Positions 20,232 through 29,887 of a stretch of DNA of 64,000 nt are shown here, piece after piece; the first letter of the stretch is position 1; every line of letters starts with the position of its first letter. The DNA is from Candidatus Poribacteria bacterium (lineage in GTDB: Bacteria; Poribacteria; WGA-4E; WGA-3G). The stretch lies in the NCBI GenBank assembly GCA_964291315.2, contig OZ219753.1, positions 2,272,001 through 2,336,000 of the forward strand, in the 5' to 3' direction. A program made the position numbers and the translations under genes. The notes beneath the pieces were generated by a model that saw nothing but the letters and a program-made list of their open reading frames with translations, searched no databases and was not told where the DNA came from.

Positions 20232-20390
20232 CTATGGTAATGTTACCATGTGGCAGAATCCGATATGATAAAGCAAACTGATCGACGGGCCGAAAATGAA
20301 TTGCGTTGTTTTCCAGAACCAGAAATCGTTATGAAATAAGAATAATAACGCAATCAGAGAGTATAACTGCCCTTTAGTTTGCGGTTTCAT
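20232..20390 (-). CDS. Small DUF3311-like membrane peptide, possibly truncated
   Basis: MKPQTKGQLYSLIALLFLFHNDFWFW...LLYHIGFC; start overlaps the end of the TRAP gene. Confidence 0.45.
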   Translation of the reverse strand: MKPQTKGQLYSLIALLFLFHNDFWFWKTTQFIFGPSISLLYHIGFCHMVTLP

Positions 20391-22404
20391 GAAGTGTTTC
20401 CTGTTTCTGCCAATTATAGTAGAAAGCAGTAGTACTTGCAACTACAGCTATTCCATGAATCCAAGCGAACTGTACATCAATAGGTGCAAAAAAGAAGATA
20501 AATGCAGCGATAAACAGCACCGTGCGAGTCAATAGTGACAACCGGCTAGCGAAATAACCAGCGATAGCAGCTGCAAAGATAACCGTTCCAAGCAAGGTTA
20601 GAGAAAAATTCATTAAGACTGTCCACACTGCTGGGGTTCCACCGTCCGGTTGCAACCAGAGCAACGCCGGGCGGAGCACAAAGGCGTAAGGTAAAGCAAA
20701 ACCGACAAACGCGAACCTGAACGCCGTGAACGCTGTCGCCATTACCCTAGAACCTGCAATAGCAGAGGCAGCATAAGCTGCTAATGCAACAGGAGGTGTC
20801 ACCATGGACATCATGCCGAAATAAAAAATAAAAAAGTGTGCTGCAAGCGGGATAACCCCTAAATCCAGAAGCACTGGACCTACCAAGATAGCCATTAGTA
20901 GATAACAGACTGATGAAGGCAGACCCATTCCGAGGATAACCGTTGAAATCATCAGAAAGAACAGTGCCAACATCAGATTCGTAGCTGCAAGCGGTAAGAG
21001 TGTGGACGGCAACTTGCCTCCGATGCCGGTCAAGGTCACCACTCCTAAAATAATACCTACACATGCCGCGGCTGCAATCAGTGAAACGCCGCTCTGCGCT
21101 GCGCGCTTACAAGGCCATACTAAGAAGTTGATTCCTTTCAGTAAATCCGAGCTCCCGATACGAGTTTCTGTCCTAGAATCTTGCTTACCTACTTTTGCTC
21201 TCAAGAAATCTAGCAGACTTACAGCAACAACTACTAACAGACTCCAACTTACCGCGCGAAACGCTGTGGTCCCCATCAGTAAAGACCCAATGAGTGTAAC
21301 AAAAGCTGCCAGAAAGATTCCGCCTTGTACGGTTACCATTTTTCCGCGTCCTGCTTCTTGTCCATCGTCATGTGCCTCGATTGGTTCAGGATTGCAAGTT
21401 TTTCCTGCAGTATATCTACGCCTTCTCGCAGCAAAGTGTACCATGCACAACATTCCGGTGTAATAGAGGATTGCTGGCAGCAATGCGGCCTTTATGATTT
21501 CCAGATAGGTGACAGCGGGTTCCACAATCTCCAGCATCATATACGCCGCCGCCCCCATAATAGGAGGAACCAATGCCCCACCAGAACTTGCAGCGGCTTC
21601 AATCCCTCCCGCCATTGCTGGTTGAAATCCGGAGCGTTTCATGAGTGGAATCGTAAAGGTCCCAGTTGTTGCTGTGTTCGCGACTGCAGAACCGGAAAGT
21701 GATCCCATCAGACCGCTGCTGAGCACAGCGACTTTTGCAGGTGCCCCTGTGCTCGAACCAAACACACGCTTTGCTAAATTCAGTACATAACTTGTCGTCC
21801 CGGTTCGTTCCAGCAACGTACCAAACAATACAAACAAGAAAACATAGGTAAACATAACCCGGAGTGCGATACCAAACGTGCCTTGACTGTGCAAAAAAGT
21901 CTGACTGATGATCCGTTGAACCGAATACCCACGATGTGGAAACAACCAATCCGGCATCAAGTGCCCAAAACCGGCATAGAGAAGGAAGCCCAAGGAGAGC
22001 AACGGGAGTGTTATACCGATAGAACGGCGCGTCGCTTCTAAGATTAAGAGAAGTCCGACTGCCCCAAAGATATAGTCCAGCTGCAGCTCCGCACCCGCCC
22101 GTTCACCGAGTGGTTTATCAGCTAACCAGAGACGTTGAAAAATCGGTTCTGTCTGCGTCAGCACGTACCCGAAGCAGAGAATCACACATCCTATCAGCAC
22201 GACATCAAGTAGTTGCAAAACACGACAGTCAACAAAGCGTCGATGGATAGGATAATTCAAAAACACCACTATCAATCCGAGCATCGCGAAAAGAGCTAAC
22301 TCGGATTGTGGTGAAAGCTGTGGATAGTTGACCTCGACTAAGATGAAGAGGCACAGCAGTACAGAAACTGCAAGAAAGATCTTATCTTTCAACTGTTGTT
22401 CCAA
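20374..22404 (-). CDS. TRAP transporter fused permease (4TM/12TM, TAXI-type)
   Basis: LEATRR, SGSAVAN, EAAASSGG, PPIMGAAA, ILGMGLP, TPPVALAAYA. Confidence 0.92.
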   Translation of the reverse strand: MEQQLKDKIFLAVSVLLCLFILVEVNYPQLSPQSELALFAMLGLIVVFLNYPIHRRFVDCRVLQLLDVVLIGCVILCFGYVLTQTEPIFQRLWLADKPLGERAGAELQLDYIFGAVGLLLILEATRRSIGITLPLLSLGFLLYAGFGHLMPDWLFPHRGYSVQRIISQTFLHSQGTFGIALRVMFTYVFLFVLFGTLLERTGTTSYVLNLAKRVFGSSTGAPAKVAVLSSGLMGSLSGSAVANTATTGTFTIPLMKRSGFQPAMAGGIEAAASSGGALVPPIMGAAAYMMLEIVEPAVTYLEIIKAALLPAILYYTGMLCMVHFAARRRRYTAGKTCNPEPIEAHDDGQEAGRGKMVTVQGGIFLAAFVTLIGSLLMGTTAFRAVSWSLLVVVAVSLLDFLRAKVGKQDSRTETRIGSSDLLKGINFLVWPCKRAAQSGVSLIAAAACVGIILGVVTLTGIGGKLPSTLLPLAATNLMLALFFLMISTVILGMGLPSSVCYLLMAILVGPVLLDLGVIPLAAHFFIFYFGMMSMVTPPVALAAYAASAIAGSRVMATAFTAFRFAFVGFALPYAFVLRPALLWLQPDGGTPAVWTVLMNFSLTLLGTVIFAAAIAGYFASRLSLLTRTVLFIAAFIFFFAPIDVQFAWIHGIAVVASTTAFYYNWQKQETLHETAN

Positions 22405-22546
22405 AGAGATTAATTTGAGTCTGCCTTCCGCATTGAAGCGGTCATAGAGCGTTTTTTAAGCAGTGTGTTAAACCACAAGTGAACTGCCTAAACCACTTCA
22501 TTAAGTGTAACAGAAAAATGGGGATATATCAAGAGGAAGTACGGAT

Positions 22547-23605
22547 TCACGTCGAGTTGTCTTCATAAGTGCTGTGCTGCTCTGGTGCTTCCTTCGTCCT
22601 CCGGGTTGCGCCTTTAAACACAGTATAGAGATACCAGAATGCAGGTAGTAATAAAACACCACCTACACCTAATATAATCAGCATCAAACGCAACACAGTA
22701 TCAGACGCAGCCGTGTTTGCAAAAGTTAGGTCCGGTGTGACAAGGAACGGATACTGCGCCAATCCCCAACCGAAAACAATGAGAACGACTTGTATTGGAA
22801 CAAGGATACAAGCATGCCGAAATTGGCGTTTCCAAATCGCCCAGATTGCCCATAGTGCAATCGCACCCGTCAAGATATGAAACGGAATCGACCAAGGTGC
22901 ACTGCCGAGTCCACGCCGAATTGTTGGTGCACCTTCAGCAGATAAAATGAAACTCAGCCCTGCCATTGCCCCGACGCTTACTGCAGAAATGAGTGCACGA
23001 TGCCGAAAGTCTTCTTGTAAGTTGGGGTCCTTTGTCTCTAGTGTCAGATACACCGCTGCAAGCAAGGCGCAGAGTGTCAAGGTGAAAAAACCGATTGCAA
23101 ACGGAAATGGCACAAACCAAGCTGAGATAAAGTCTGTCTTTACCTGTCCACTCGCTACATCAACTCGAATCGCCCCGGATGCAACAGCACCTAATGTAAC
23201 CCCTAGCATGATCGGGGTGATAGCACTTGCAACAGCGAATACTTGGCTCCAGCGTCGGTGCGTCGTGTCAGATTGGACATCGTAGGTCCTAAAGACAAAC
23301 GCTGAGCCGCGCAGCACAATGCCGATAAGCATCAATGTCAGTGGAATATGCAAAGCCGTGCTAATCGCAGCGAATGCCATGGGAAACGCCACAAAAAGCA
23401 ATACAACAATCACGATCAACCAGACATGATTCGCTTCCCAGATCGGTGCAATGGCTTCTGTGATCAAGGCGCGCTGGGCTTTGGCCCGGCGACCTGTCGC
23501 AAACAAATCCCAAATACCGCCACCAAAATCCGCTCCACCTGTCAACATATAGATAATTAGGGAGATAAGCATCACGCCTGCGATGCAAAATTCAAGTGTA
23601 AACAC
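22547..23605 (-). CDS. cydB: Cytochrome bd oxidase subunit II
   Basis: GGADFGGG, PIWEANHVW; downstream of cydA. Confidence 0.93.
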   Translation of the reverse strand: MFTLEFCIAGVMLISLIIYMLTGGADFGGGIWDLFATGRRAKAQRALITEAIAPIWEANHVWLIVIVVLLFVAFPMAFAAISTALHIPLTLMLIGIVLRGSAFVFRTYDVQSDTTHRRWSQVFAVASAITPIMLGVTLGAVASGAIRVDVASGQVKTDFISAWFVPFPFAIGFFTLTLCALLAAVYLTLETKDPNLQEDFRHRALISAVSVGAMAGLSFILSAEGAPTIRRGLGSAPWSIPFHILTGAIALWAIWAIWKRQFRHACILVPIQVVLIVFGWGLAQYPFLVTPDLTFANTAASDTVLRLMLIILGVGGVLLLPAFWYLYTVFKGATRRTKEAPEQHSTYEDNST

Positions 23606-23787
23606 AACACTGCTCCATCGAGCCTCGCTATGAATCCGAACCTCAGATGTTAGAACAGCAAACTCTCACAACGGAGGTTGTCACGCGGGTATAAACATTA
23701 CACTCCGCTGGGGTACACTTTCTTGAAAAAACGCCTTTCCATACGGCTGGAGAGGTGCTTAGAATTCACCGAAGTTCAGTTTCGTTT

Positions 23788-25080
23788 TTAAACTGGCGTA
23801 AAAATAAGGCGGCGCAACAGAATGAAAACAATAATAGAGAGAAATATGTACAGCACCGTAAAACTAATAAAGGGGACAACGAGATGCGGCATCGGGGTCA
23901 CCGCTTCTGCGGTACGCATAAGGTTATAGATGATCCAGGGTTGCCGCCCAACCTCGGTGACCGTCCAGCCTGCTTCAATCGCGATAAAACCAAGCGGGGT
24001 GCAGAACGTGACGAATCGAAGATACCAACGTTGGTTCGGTAACCCTTTACATTTCCATGAAAGCCAGCCGCCGAGAATCGCAGCGATAATTAAGACTATT
24101 CCACACGCGACCATAATCTGAAACGCAAAATGTACGATTGCCACAGGAGGACGATCTTCAGGGGGGACCGCCTTGAGCCCCATAACCTCAGCGTTGAAGT
24201 CGGAATAAGCAAGAAAGCTGAGTGCCCCGGGAATCTCAATCGCATAACGGGTTTCCTCAGCATTTTCGTCAGGAATACCGCCGATGCGCAGTGGGGCCCC
24301 GCGTTCCGTTTCCCATTGTGCTTCCATTGCCGCAAGCTTAACCGGTTGATACTTCGCAAGCCGCTTGGCACTAATGTCGCCTGAAATCGGCTGGAGGAAC
24401 GCAAAGAAACCGCCAACGCTCAAAGCAATAGCAAACGCCCGGCGATGGAAAAGGTTATCCGGATCACGCCTGAGAAAATAGGCATGGATGCCAGCCACGG
24501 CAAACCCAACAGAAAGAAACGCGGCGATTGTCATATGGAGCGTATGACTGAACGCGGATGGATTGAGCATTGCTGCAACAGGATCAATATCTGTTACTTC
24601 GCCATTGACAATAGAAAAGCCAGTGGGGGTATTCATCCATGCATTTGCGGTAACAACGAAGATGCCGGAAAGAGTGCCTCCGAGTAGGACCATCATACCG
24701 GCGAACCAGTGAGCATATTTTGGGATACGGTCCCAACCGTAAAGGTAGAGTCCCAAGAAAATTGCTTCAAGAAAGAACGCAAACCCTTCCAATGAGAACG
24801 GCATACCGATGATGGGACCGGCGTAGGCCATAAAACCGGGCCACAATAGTCCTAACTCAAAGGATAAAACGGTGCCAGAGACTGCTCCAACAGCAAACAT
24901 CACAGCAGTGCCTTTTGCCCACTGCTTCGCCAAGGTTAGGTAGACCGCCTCGCGGGTTTTGAGCCACAATCCTTCAGCAATAACCATCAAGAGCGGCATT
25001 GCTATACCTACAACGGCAAAAATAATGTGAAAGGCCAGGGACATCGCCATTTGTGACCGTGCTGCCAATAAATCTGTCAT
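23788..25080 (-). CDS. cydA: Cytochrome bd oxidase subunit I
   Basis: FHIIF, GAVSG, EGFAFFLE, QPVKLAAME, EVGRQPW; GGAGG RBS before ATG 25080. Confidence 0.95.
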   Translation of the reverse strand: MTDLLAARSQMAMSLAFHIIFAVVGIAMPLLMVIAEGLWLKTREAVYLTLAKQWAKGTAVMFAVGAVSGTVLSFELGLLWPGFMAYAGPIIGMPFSLEGFAFFLEAIFLGLYLYGWDRIPKYAHWFAGMMVLLGGTLSGIFVVTANAWMNTPTGFSIVNGEVTDIDPVAAMLNPSAFSHTLHMTIAAFLSVGFAVAGIHAYFLRRDPDNLFHRRAFAIALSVGGFFAFLQPISGDISAKRLAKYQPVKLAAMEAQWETERGAPLRIGGIPDENAEETRYAIEIPGALSFLAYSDFNAEVMGLKAVPPEDRPPVAIVHFAFQIMVACGIVLIIAAILGGWLSWKCKGLPNQRWYLRFVTFCTPLGFIAIEAGWTVTEVGRQPWIIYNLMRTAEAVTPMPHLVVPFISFTVLYIFLSIIVFILLRRLIFTPV

Positions 25081-25215
25081 GATACTGACCTCCTGCATAT
25101 CCCTGATGTACACTATCGAGGGACATAGACACCGCCCTTATCTCTTGTAGGCTCGGCGCTATTATGGATGTAGGTTGTCTTTGTGCAAATACTCCGAAAA
25201 TCGCCCTTATTGTGT

Positions 25216-26061
25216 TCAAGTATCCCATGATTCAAGTCCGAGAAGTTTTTTGCCCAAGGGGGTCAACTCGGCAGTTCTACCTTGATAATGCTCCTTTTCT
25301 TTCTCCTCTTTCCCAAGGCCTGTTAACCGTTCACGCCATCCGGCAACTCGGCGCTCACGTGACTGAGGACCTCCGTTTGCTGGTGCAGGCGACATGGTGA
25401 TGTATTGTGCCATCCGTGGACGTTCAGCAGAGTTTGGGCTGCTTCCGTGCGGTAAGGCACTGTGCCAGATAACAAGATCACCCGCTTTCCCCGCAATTGG
25501 AACCGCCTCGGTTTGATATTCTCGGACAACCTCTCGTGGGTTGGCATTGTCAGGTAGACTCTTCAACCACCGCTCCAATTTCCGATGGAACCCCGGAATA
25601 CAAGTAAACGCCCCCTGATTACCCGGTGTATCTGCTAGATATAAAACACCTTGTACCTTCAAACGCACCGGCATATCGTCCAACGACATATCCCAATGCA
25701 GATAAGGCCCGGTGAACTTCCAATCTGGACGCTCAGGGGGATTCATGCTCGCGCGATCAAAACTAACCCAAAGCTTCTCGGTTCCCCAAATCTCTGAGAA
25801 CGCCTGATGCACACGCGGGTACTGCCGGTTATCCCATAGCGCTTGATGTTGATACATTTCCACCATGATGCTCCGACGCGGCGGATCTGGATACCAACAC
25901 TCCGGATCGTCTCGATCCATCTCTAGAAAATCCCATACGGCTTGTTCCGCAGCACGGCAATTCTCAAGCGGTACAGCTTCTCGGACAACAACATAGCCGT
26001 GCTCTTCCCAAAATTCTAAGGCTTCTGCATCAAAAACTGGCATTGAGTATCTCCTTACCAA
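25216..26061 (-). CDS. Phytanoyl-CoA dioxygenase family protein
   Basis: LHWD, PGFH, GDLVIWHSALPHGS. Confidence 0.88.
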   Translation of the reverse strand: MVRRYSMPVFDAEALEFWEEHGYVVVREAVPLENCRAAEQAVWDFLEMDRDDPECWYPDPPRRSIMVEMYQHQALWDNRQYPRVHQAFSEIWGTEKLWVSFDRASMNPPERPDWKFTGPYLHWDMSLDDMPVRLKVQGVLYLADTPGNQGAFTCIPGFHRKLERWLKSLPDNANPREVVREYQTEAVPIAGKAGDLVIWHSALPHGSSPNSAERPRMAQYITMSPAPANGGPQSRERRVAGWRERLTGLGKEEKEKEHYQGRTAELTPLGKKLLGLESWDT

Positions 26062-26435
26062 TCAGCTTAATGTCAAGCTGTTCTGTGAACAGAAAAACAG
26101 TTGATTGCCTGAAAATTAGTATGACGTTAAGAGAATACCACAAAATATGCAGAGAATCAACCCTTTTACCTCATAAAATAGATCTAGTCAGTCTCACGGT
26201 ATAAAAATAGCTTGCATAAAAATTGCTATTTATTCAAGTTTCTGTTTCAATACCGTTGAAATTTTGCTTGACGACACAAGATCTTTCGAGTAAAGCTTTT
26301 AAAAATTAAAAAAATGAAAAATAGTTTATACTGTGAGGGAGGCGCGCCCAGTGAGGTTGTACCTACAATATCAAGAGATAGCAAATAATGGGGAATACCT
26401 TCCTATACAATGAGTAAAAGGACAGAATTTGAACT

Positions 26436-26948
26436 ATGCCCGTACCAAAAACACGTAAAGAGCTTCTCGACGCTATCGAGACTAACTTTGAACTTCTTGC
26501 TAAGGATCTTGGGTCAGTGCCTATACAAAAAACTAACGAAGTGACTCTTGAGGGACATGCTAAGGGAACAGTGATGAATGTCCACAATCTGGTAAGTTAT
26601 CTTCTGGGTTGGAATAGACTTGTGCTGAAATGGATTGAAAAAGACGCGAAAGGAGAATCGATTAATTTCCCTGAAACAGGCTTCAAATGGAACCAGCTTG
26701 GCGCGCTTGCGCAAAAGTTTTATGCCGACTTCAGCGTTGTGCCTTTTGATCAGTTGTTGAAGGAGCTTACAATCACAAAGCAGAACATTGTTGATTTTGT
26801 CTCCAGCAAAACCAACAAGCAGCTGTATAGCGCACCTTGGTATAAAGAATACACCATGGGGCGAATGATCCAATTCAACACGTCTTCGCCATATGCTAAT
26901 GCGCGCACGCGGCTACGGAAATGGAAGAGGCAGAATGATATCGCATAA
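26436..26948 (+). CDS. ClbS/DfsB family four-helix bundle protein (ClbS-like)
   Basis: LEGHAKGT, NLVSYLLGW, FPETGFKWNQLG, GRMIQFNTSSPY match ClbS as recalled; Tyr at position 55. Confidence 0.85.
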   Translation: MPVPKTRKELLDAIETNFELLAKDLGSVPIQKTNEVTLEGHAKGTVMNVHNLVSYLLGWNRLVLKWIEKDAKGESINFPETGFKWNQLGALAQKFYADFSVVPFDQLLKELTITKQNIVDFVSSKTNKQLYSAPWYKEYTMGRMIQFNTSSPYANARTRLRKWKRQNDIA

Positions 26949-27043
26949 TGTGAGACCTTCGACAACAGGCTTACTAGAATTTAGAGCTGCTCAGTTGACG
27001 ATATTCGGTAGATGTCAGGTGCTCTGAACTACTAGAGACTGTA

Positions 27044-27280
27044 ATGCCGCTCAATGAGAAGGATCCACATTTTATAAGGCGGGTGTATACAGGGCTGCTC
27101 TGGGACGTGGGAAGACCTGCTCCAAGCGCAACCGTAACCATCTTCTTAATCCTTAGGCTCGGAGAGTACACAACCACTGAAACAGACGGTGTTTACATAT
27201 TTCCACATGTCCAAGGAGATGCCCTGGATATTCGTGTTGAAAATAAAGGTTACGAGTCTAAAGAGGTAGCTGTGTTATGA
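27044..27280 (+). pseudogene. Carboxypeptidase-regulatory-like domain fragment
   Basis: TTETDGVYIFP...IRVENKGYESKEV; no signal peptide, flanked by degraded sequence. Confidence 0.4.
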
Positions 27281-27819
27281 TCTAACCAGCCGCTGTCACA
27301 TTACCTATCTCTACTTCTGACACAGACGGTGAGGTTTCTTGTGTTAGAGTAATGGTCTGAGTTGAATACCTGGGGCTTCCAGGTACCGGTACAGAATTGG
27401 GTTCAGTAGTGATCACTGCCTCATACTCGTAGTTTGATTTCAGGCACTGAAGTCAGCAACAACGGTGTAGCTGTCGAGACAGGATAAGGAAAGTCTTGGG
27501 TTTCTATGGAGGATGGCCTCACAATCAACGGTTGAAGATGTTTTGCTGTACACGGGAGGATCTGGTGTTTGTTTTGTATTGACGCGGGTGACTTTTTGAG
27601 GAAGAGGTACACATTGGCTTGGGAGCATGCGTGAGTGCACAGTTCTTGTATAGTGTAGCTCTTTTTACACTATTTATATCGAATGTGATGGAAACCGTTG
27701 ACGTGCACCTTATGTTTAACAGAAAAATTTTCTTGCGATCAATTTAAGTTTGTGATACGGTATAAATACTTCATGAACAGACGCAATTTGCGAATATCAG
27801 GACGAAGGAGAATATCCGA

Positions 27820-28773
27820 ATGCTTAAAGCAGGCTTTATCGGAGCAGGTGGACGCAGTCAAGGCGCACATTATCCAAACGTCAACCGGCTTGAACATGAC
27901 GTTGAAATGCTTGCAGCGTGCGAACTAGATGAAGAAAAACTTGCACAAGTCGCGCATAAATATGAATTTCCCCACACTTTCACAGACCACCGGAAAATGT
28001 TGGATACAACAGATTTAGACATTGTCTATTGCGTGATGAATGAAAAATGGATTTTGAAAACCGCCTTGGATTGTCTCAACGCTGGCAAGCATTTATTCAT
28101 TGAAAAACCACCCGGGGCCAACAGTGATGAAACGCAACAGTTATTAGAGGCAGCAATTGCAAATGATGTTTATTGCATGGTCGGATTTCAACGGAGATAT
28201 GCCGCTGTCACGCGTGAAGCGATGCGACGTGTTGCAGAAAAGGGACCTGTTACATTAGCCGTCACCACTTTTAACAAACAGATGCTCGGGCAGAATCGAG
28301 ATTTTACAACAACGCTTTGGAACGATGTCTGCCACGTCGTCGATTTGCTCCGGTACATGGCCGGTGGTGAACCGGTGGAAGTCACCGCGCATCGCGACAC
28401 GTTCGGGGCAGCACAGCGCAACTTCTACACCGCCTTCGTCCGTTTCGATAACAACGTCACGGGGGTACTCTTTGGGAGCCGCGCATCCGGTGGACGCGTC
28501 CTACGTTCTGAATTGCACGGTGTTGGTATCGGTTGCTACATGAAAATACCCGAAGAAATCGAAATTTACGAGGATAACAACAGAAGTGTTATACAAGGGT
28601 GGAAAGTTGACAATGTGGATCAACGCGATACACCCAGCTACGAAGGGGTGTTAACGATGCATCGCCACTTCGTCGATTGCGTCCGCGACCGAAAAGTCCC
28701 ACTCACAGATCTCCGTGATGTTATTCATTCAATGCATTTTGTTGACCAAATAGAAGGACCTCTGCCCAACTAA
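27820..28773 (+). CDS. Gfo/Idh/MocA family oxidoreductase
   Basis: GFIGAGG, EKPP, GFQRRY. Confidence 0.88.
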   Translation: MLKAGFIGAGGRSQGAHYPNVNRLEHDVEMLAACELDEEKLAQVAHKYEFPHTFTDHRKMLDTTDLDIVYCVMNEKWILKTALDCLNAGKHLFIEKPPGANSDETQQLLEAAIANDVYCMVGFQRRYAAVTREAMRRVAEKGPVTLAVTTFNKQMLGQNRDFTTTLWNDVCHVVDLLRYMAGGEPVEVTAHRDTFGAAQRNFYTAFVRFDNNVTGVLFGSRASGGRVLRSELHGVGIGCYMKIPEEIEIYEDNNRSVIQGWKVDNVDQRDTPSYEGVLTMHRHFVDCVRDRKVPLTDLRDVIHSMHFVDQIEGPLPN

Positions 28774-28855
28774 TTCTGGCTGTACATTTGGGTGAAACAT
28801 CAGAAATTGGAAATGTCCGCAAACCCATCCAATTAGGAATAGTTACGGATTTTTC

Positions 28856-28884
28856 TTGACATTCCTTTCCCGAAGCGGTATACT
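28856..28884 (+). promoter_or_regulatory. Sigma70-like promoter
   Basis: TTGACA-17-TATACT. Confidence 0.65.
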
Positions 28885-28970
28885 GTTTTTACTACACAGC
28901 GAATACTCCTTGATTGCATGCAAATCGCTATTTACATAGATATAGAGTTTTGAAGGGATAGCTTCAATCT

Positions 28971-29837
28971 ATGCTTGACGATAAACATTTAGAACACCAG
29001 CTCACTGAGGAACAGCGCGGCGCTATGGATGAGGATGGATACTTTATCGTTGAAAATGCCCTGCCATCAGTTCTCGTTGAACGTCTTGAAGTACGAGTGG
29101 ATAATATCTACCAGGCCCATCTTGACGCTGGTTACGATCCATACACCCAAAATCAGCTGAGCGAGCATAACAATTTCTTCTATCCGAATTTCCTCGGCAA
29201 GGATCAGGTTTTCGTGAATATTGTGGACTGGTACAAAACTTTCCCGAAAGTTTGGGGTATCTTGGGCTGGAATATCTACTCTTATCACAGTCACTTTATC
29301 ATTACACCTCCGCGCCCTGAGAGGGTTCGCCATAAACCTGCCCCGCTGGGCTGGCACCAAGATAGCGGACGCGTTAATATCGAAATTGAAAGCTCACCCC
29401 GACCGCGGCTCTCTATCAAGGTGGTCTATTGGTTATCTGACTGCTCGGAGCCCGGCCGCGGTAACTTTTATATCATCCCAGGGAGCCATTTGTGGGATAA
29501 ACTAGAGGATCGTCCAACAGACGGATCACTACCGAAGGGCGCGATACCTGTCTGCTGTAAGCCCGGGGATGCGGTTTTCTTCGATCGGCGTTTGTGGCAC
29601 ACACGCAGCGAAAACGATTCAAACATCACTCGCAAGGGGCTCTTTTACGGATACGGCTATCGATGGCTACGGAGCAAAGATAATATGACAATTCCAAAGG
29701 AGATGTTCGAGCGAAATGATCCAATTCGCCAGCAGCTGCTTGGCGGGGGGACAAATGCAAACGGGCATTTTTCACCAAGAAACGCAGATGTACCTCTGAA
29801 GGTATGGCTCGAAGAAAAAGGTGTCCTCGTAAATTGA
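28971..29837 (+). CDS. Phytanoyl-CoA dioxygenase family protein
   Basis: WHQD, IPGSH, GDAVFFDRRLWH. Confidence 0.9.
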   Translation: MLDDKHLEHQLTEEQRGAMDEDGYFIVENALPSVLVERLEVRVDNIYQAHLDAGYDPYTQNQLSEHNNFFYPNFLGKDQVFVNIVDWYKTFPKVWGILGWNIYSYHSHFIITPPRPERVRHKPAPLGWHQDSGRVNIEIESSPRPRLSIKVVYWLSDCSEPGRGNFYIIPGSHLWDKLEDRPTDGSLPKGAIPVCCKPGDAVFFDRRLWHTRSENDSNITRKGLFYGYGYRWLRSKDNMTIPKEMFERNDPIRQQLLGGGTNANGHFSPRNADVPLKVWLEEKGVLVN

Positions 29838-29887
29838 ACGAACAAGACTTTGAAACTAAGACAAAATACTCGTGGAGGTACAATATA

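Noticed and set aside
23630-23790. REP-like motif (tataaacattacactccgctgggg) between cydA and cydB, similar to 56150-56180
   Set aside because: Too degenerate to define boundaries; no associated transposase in the window
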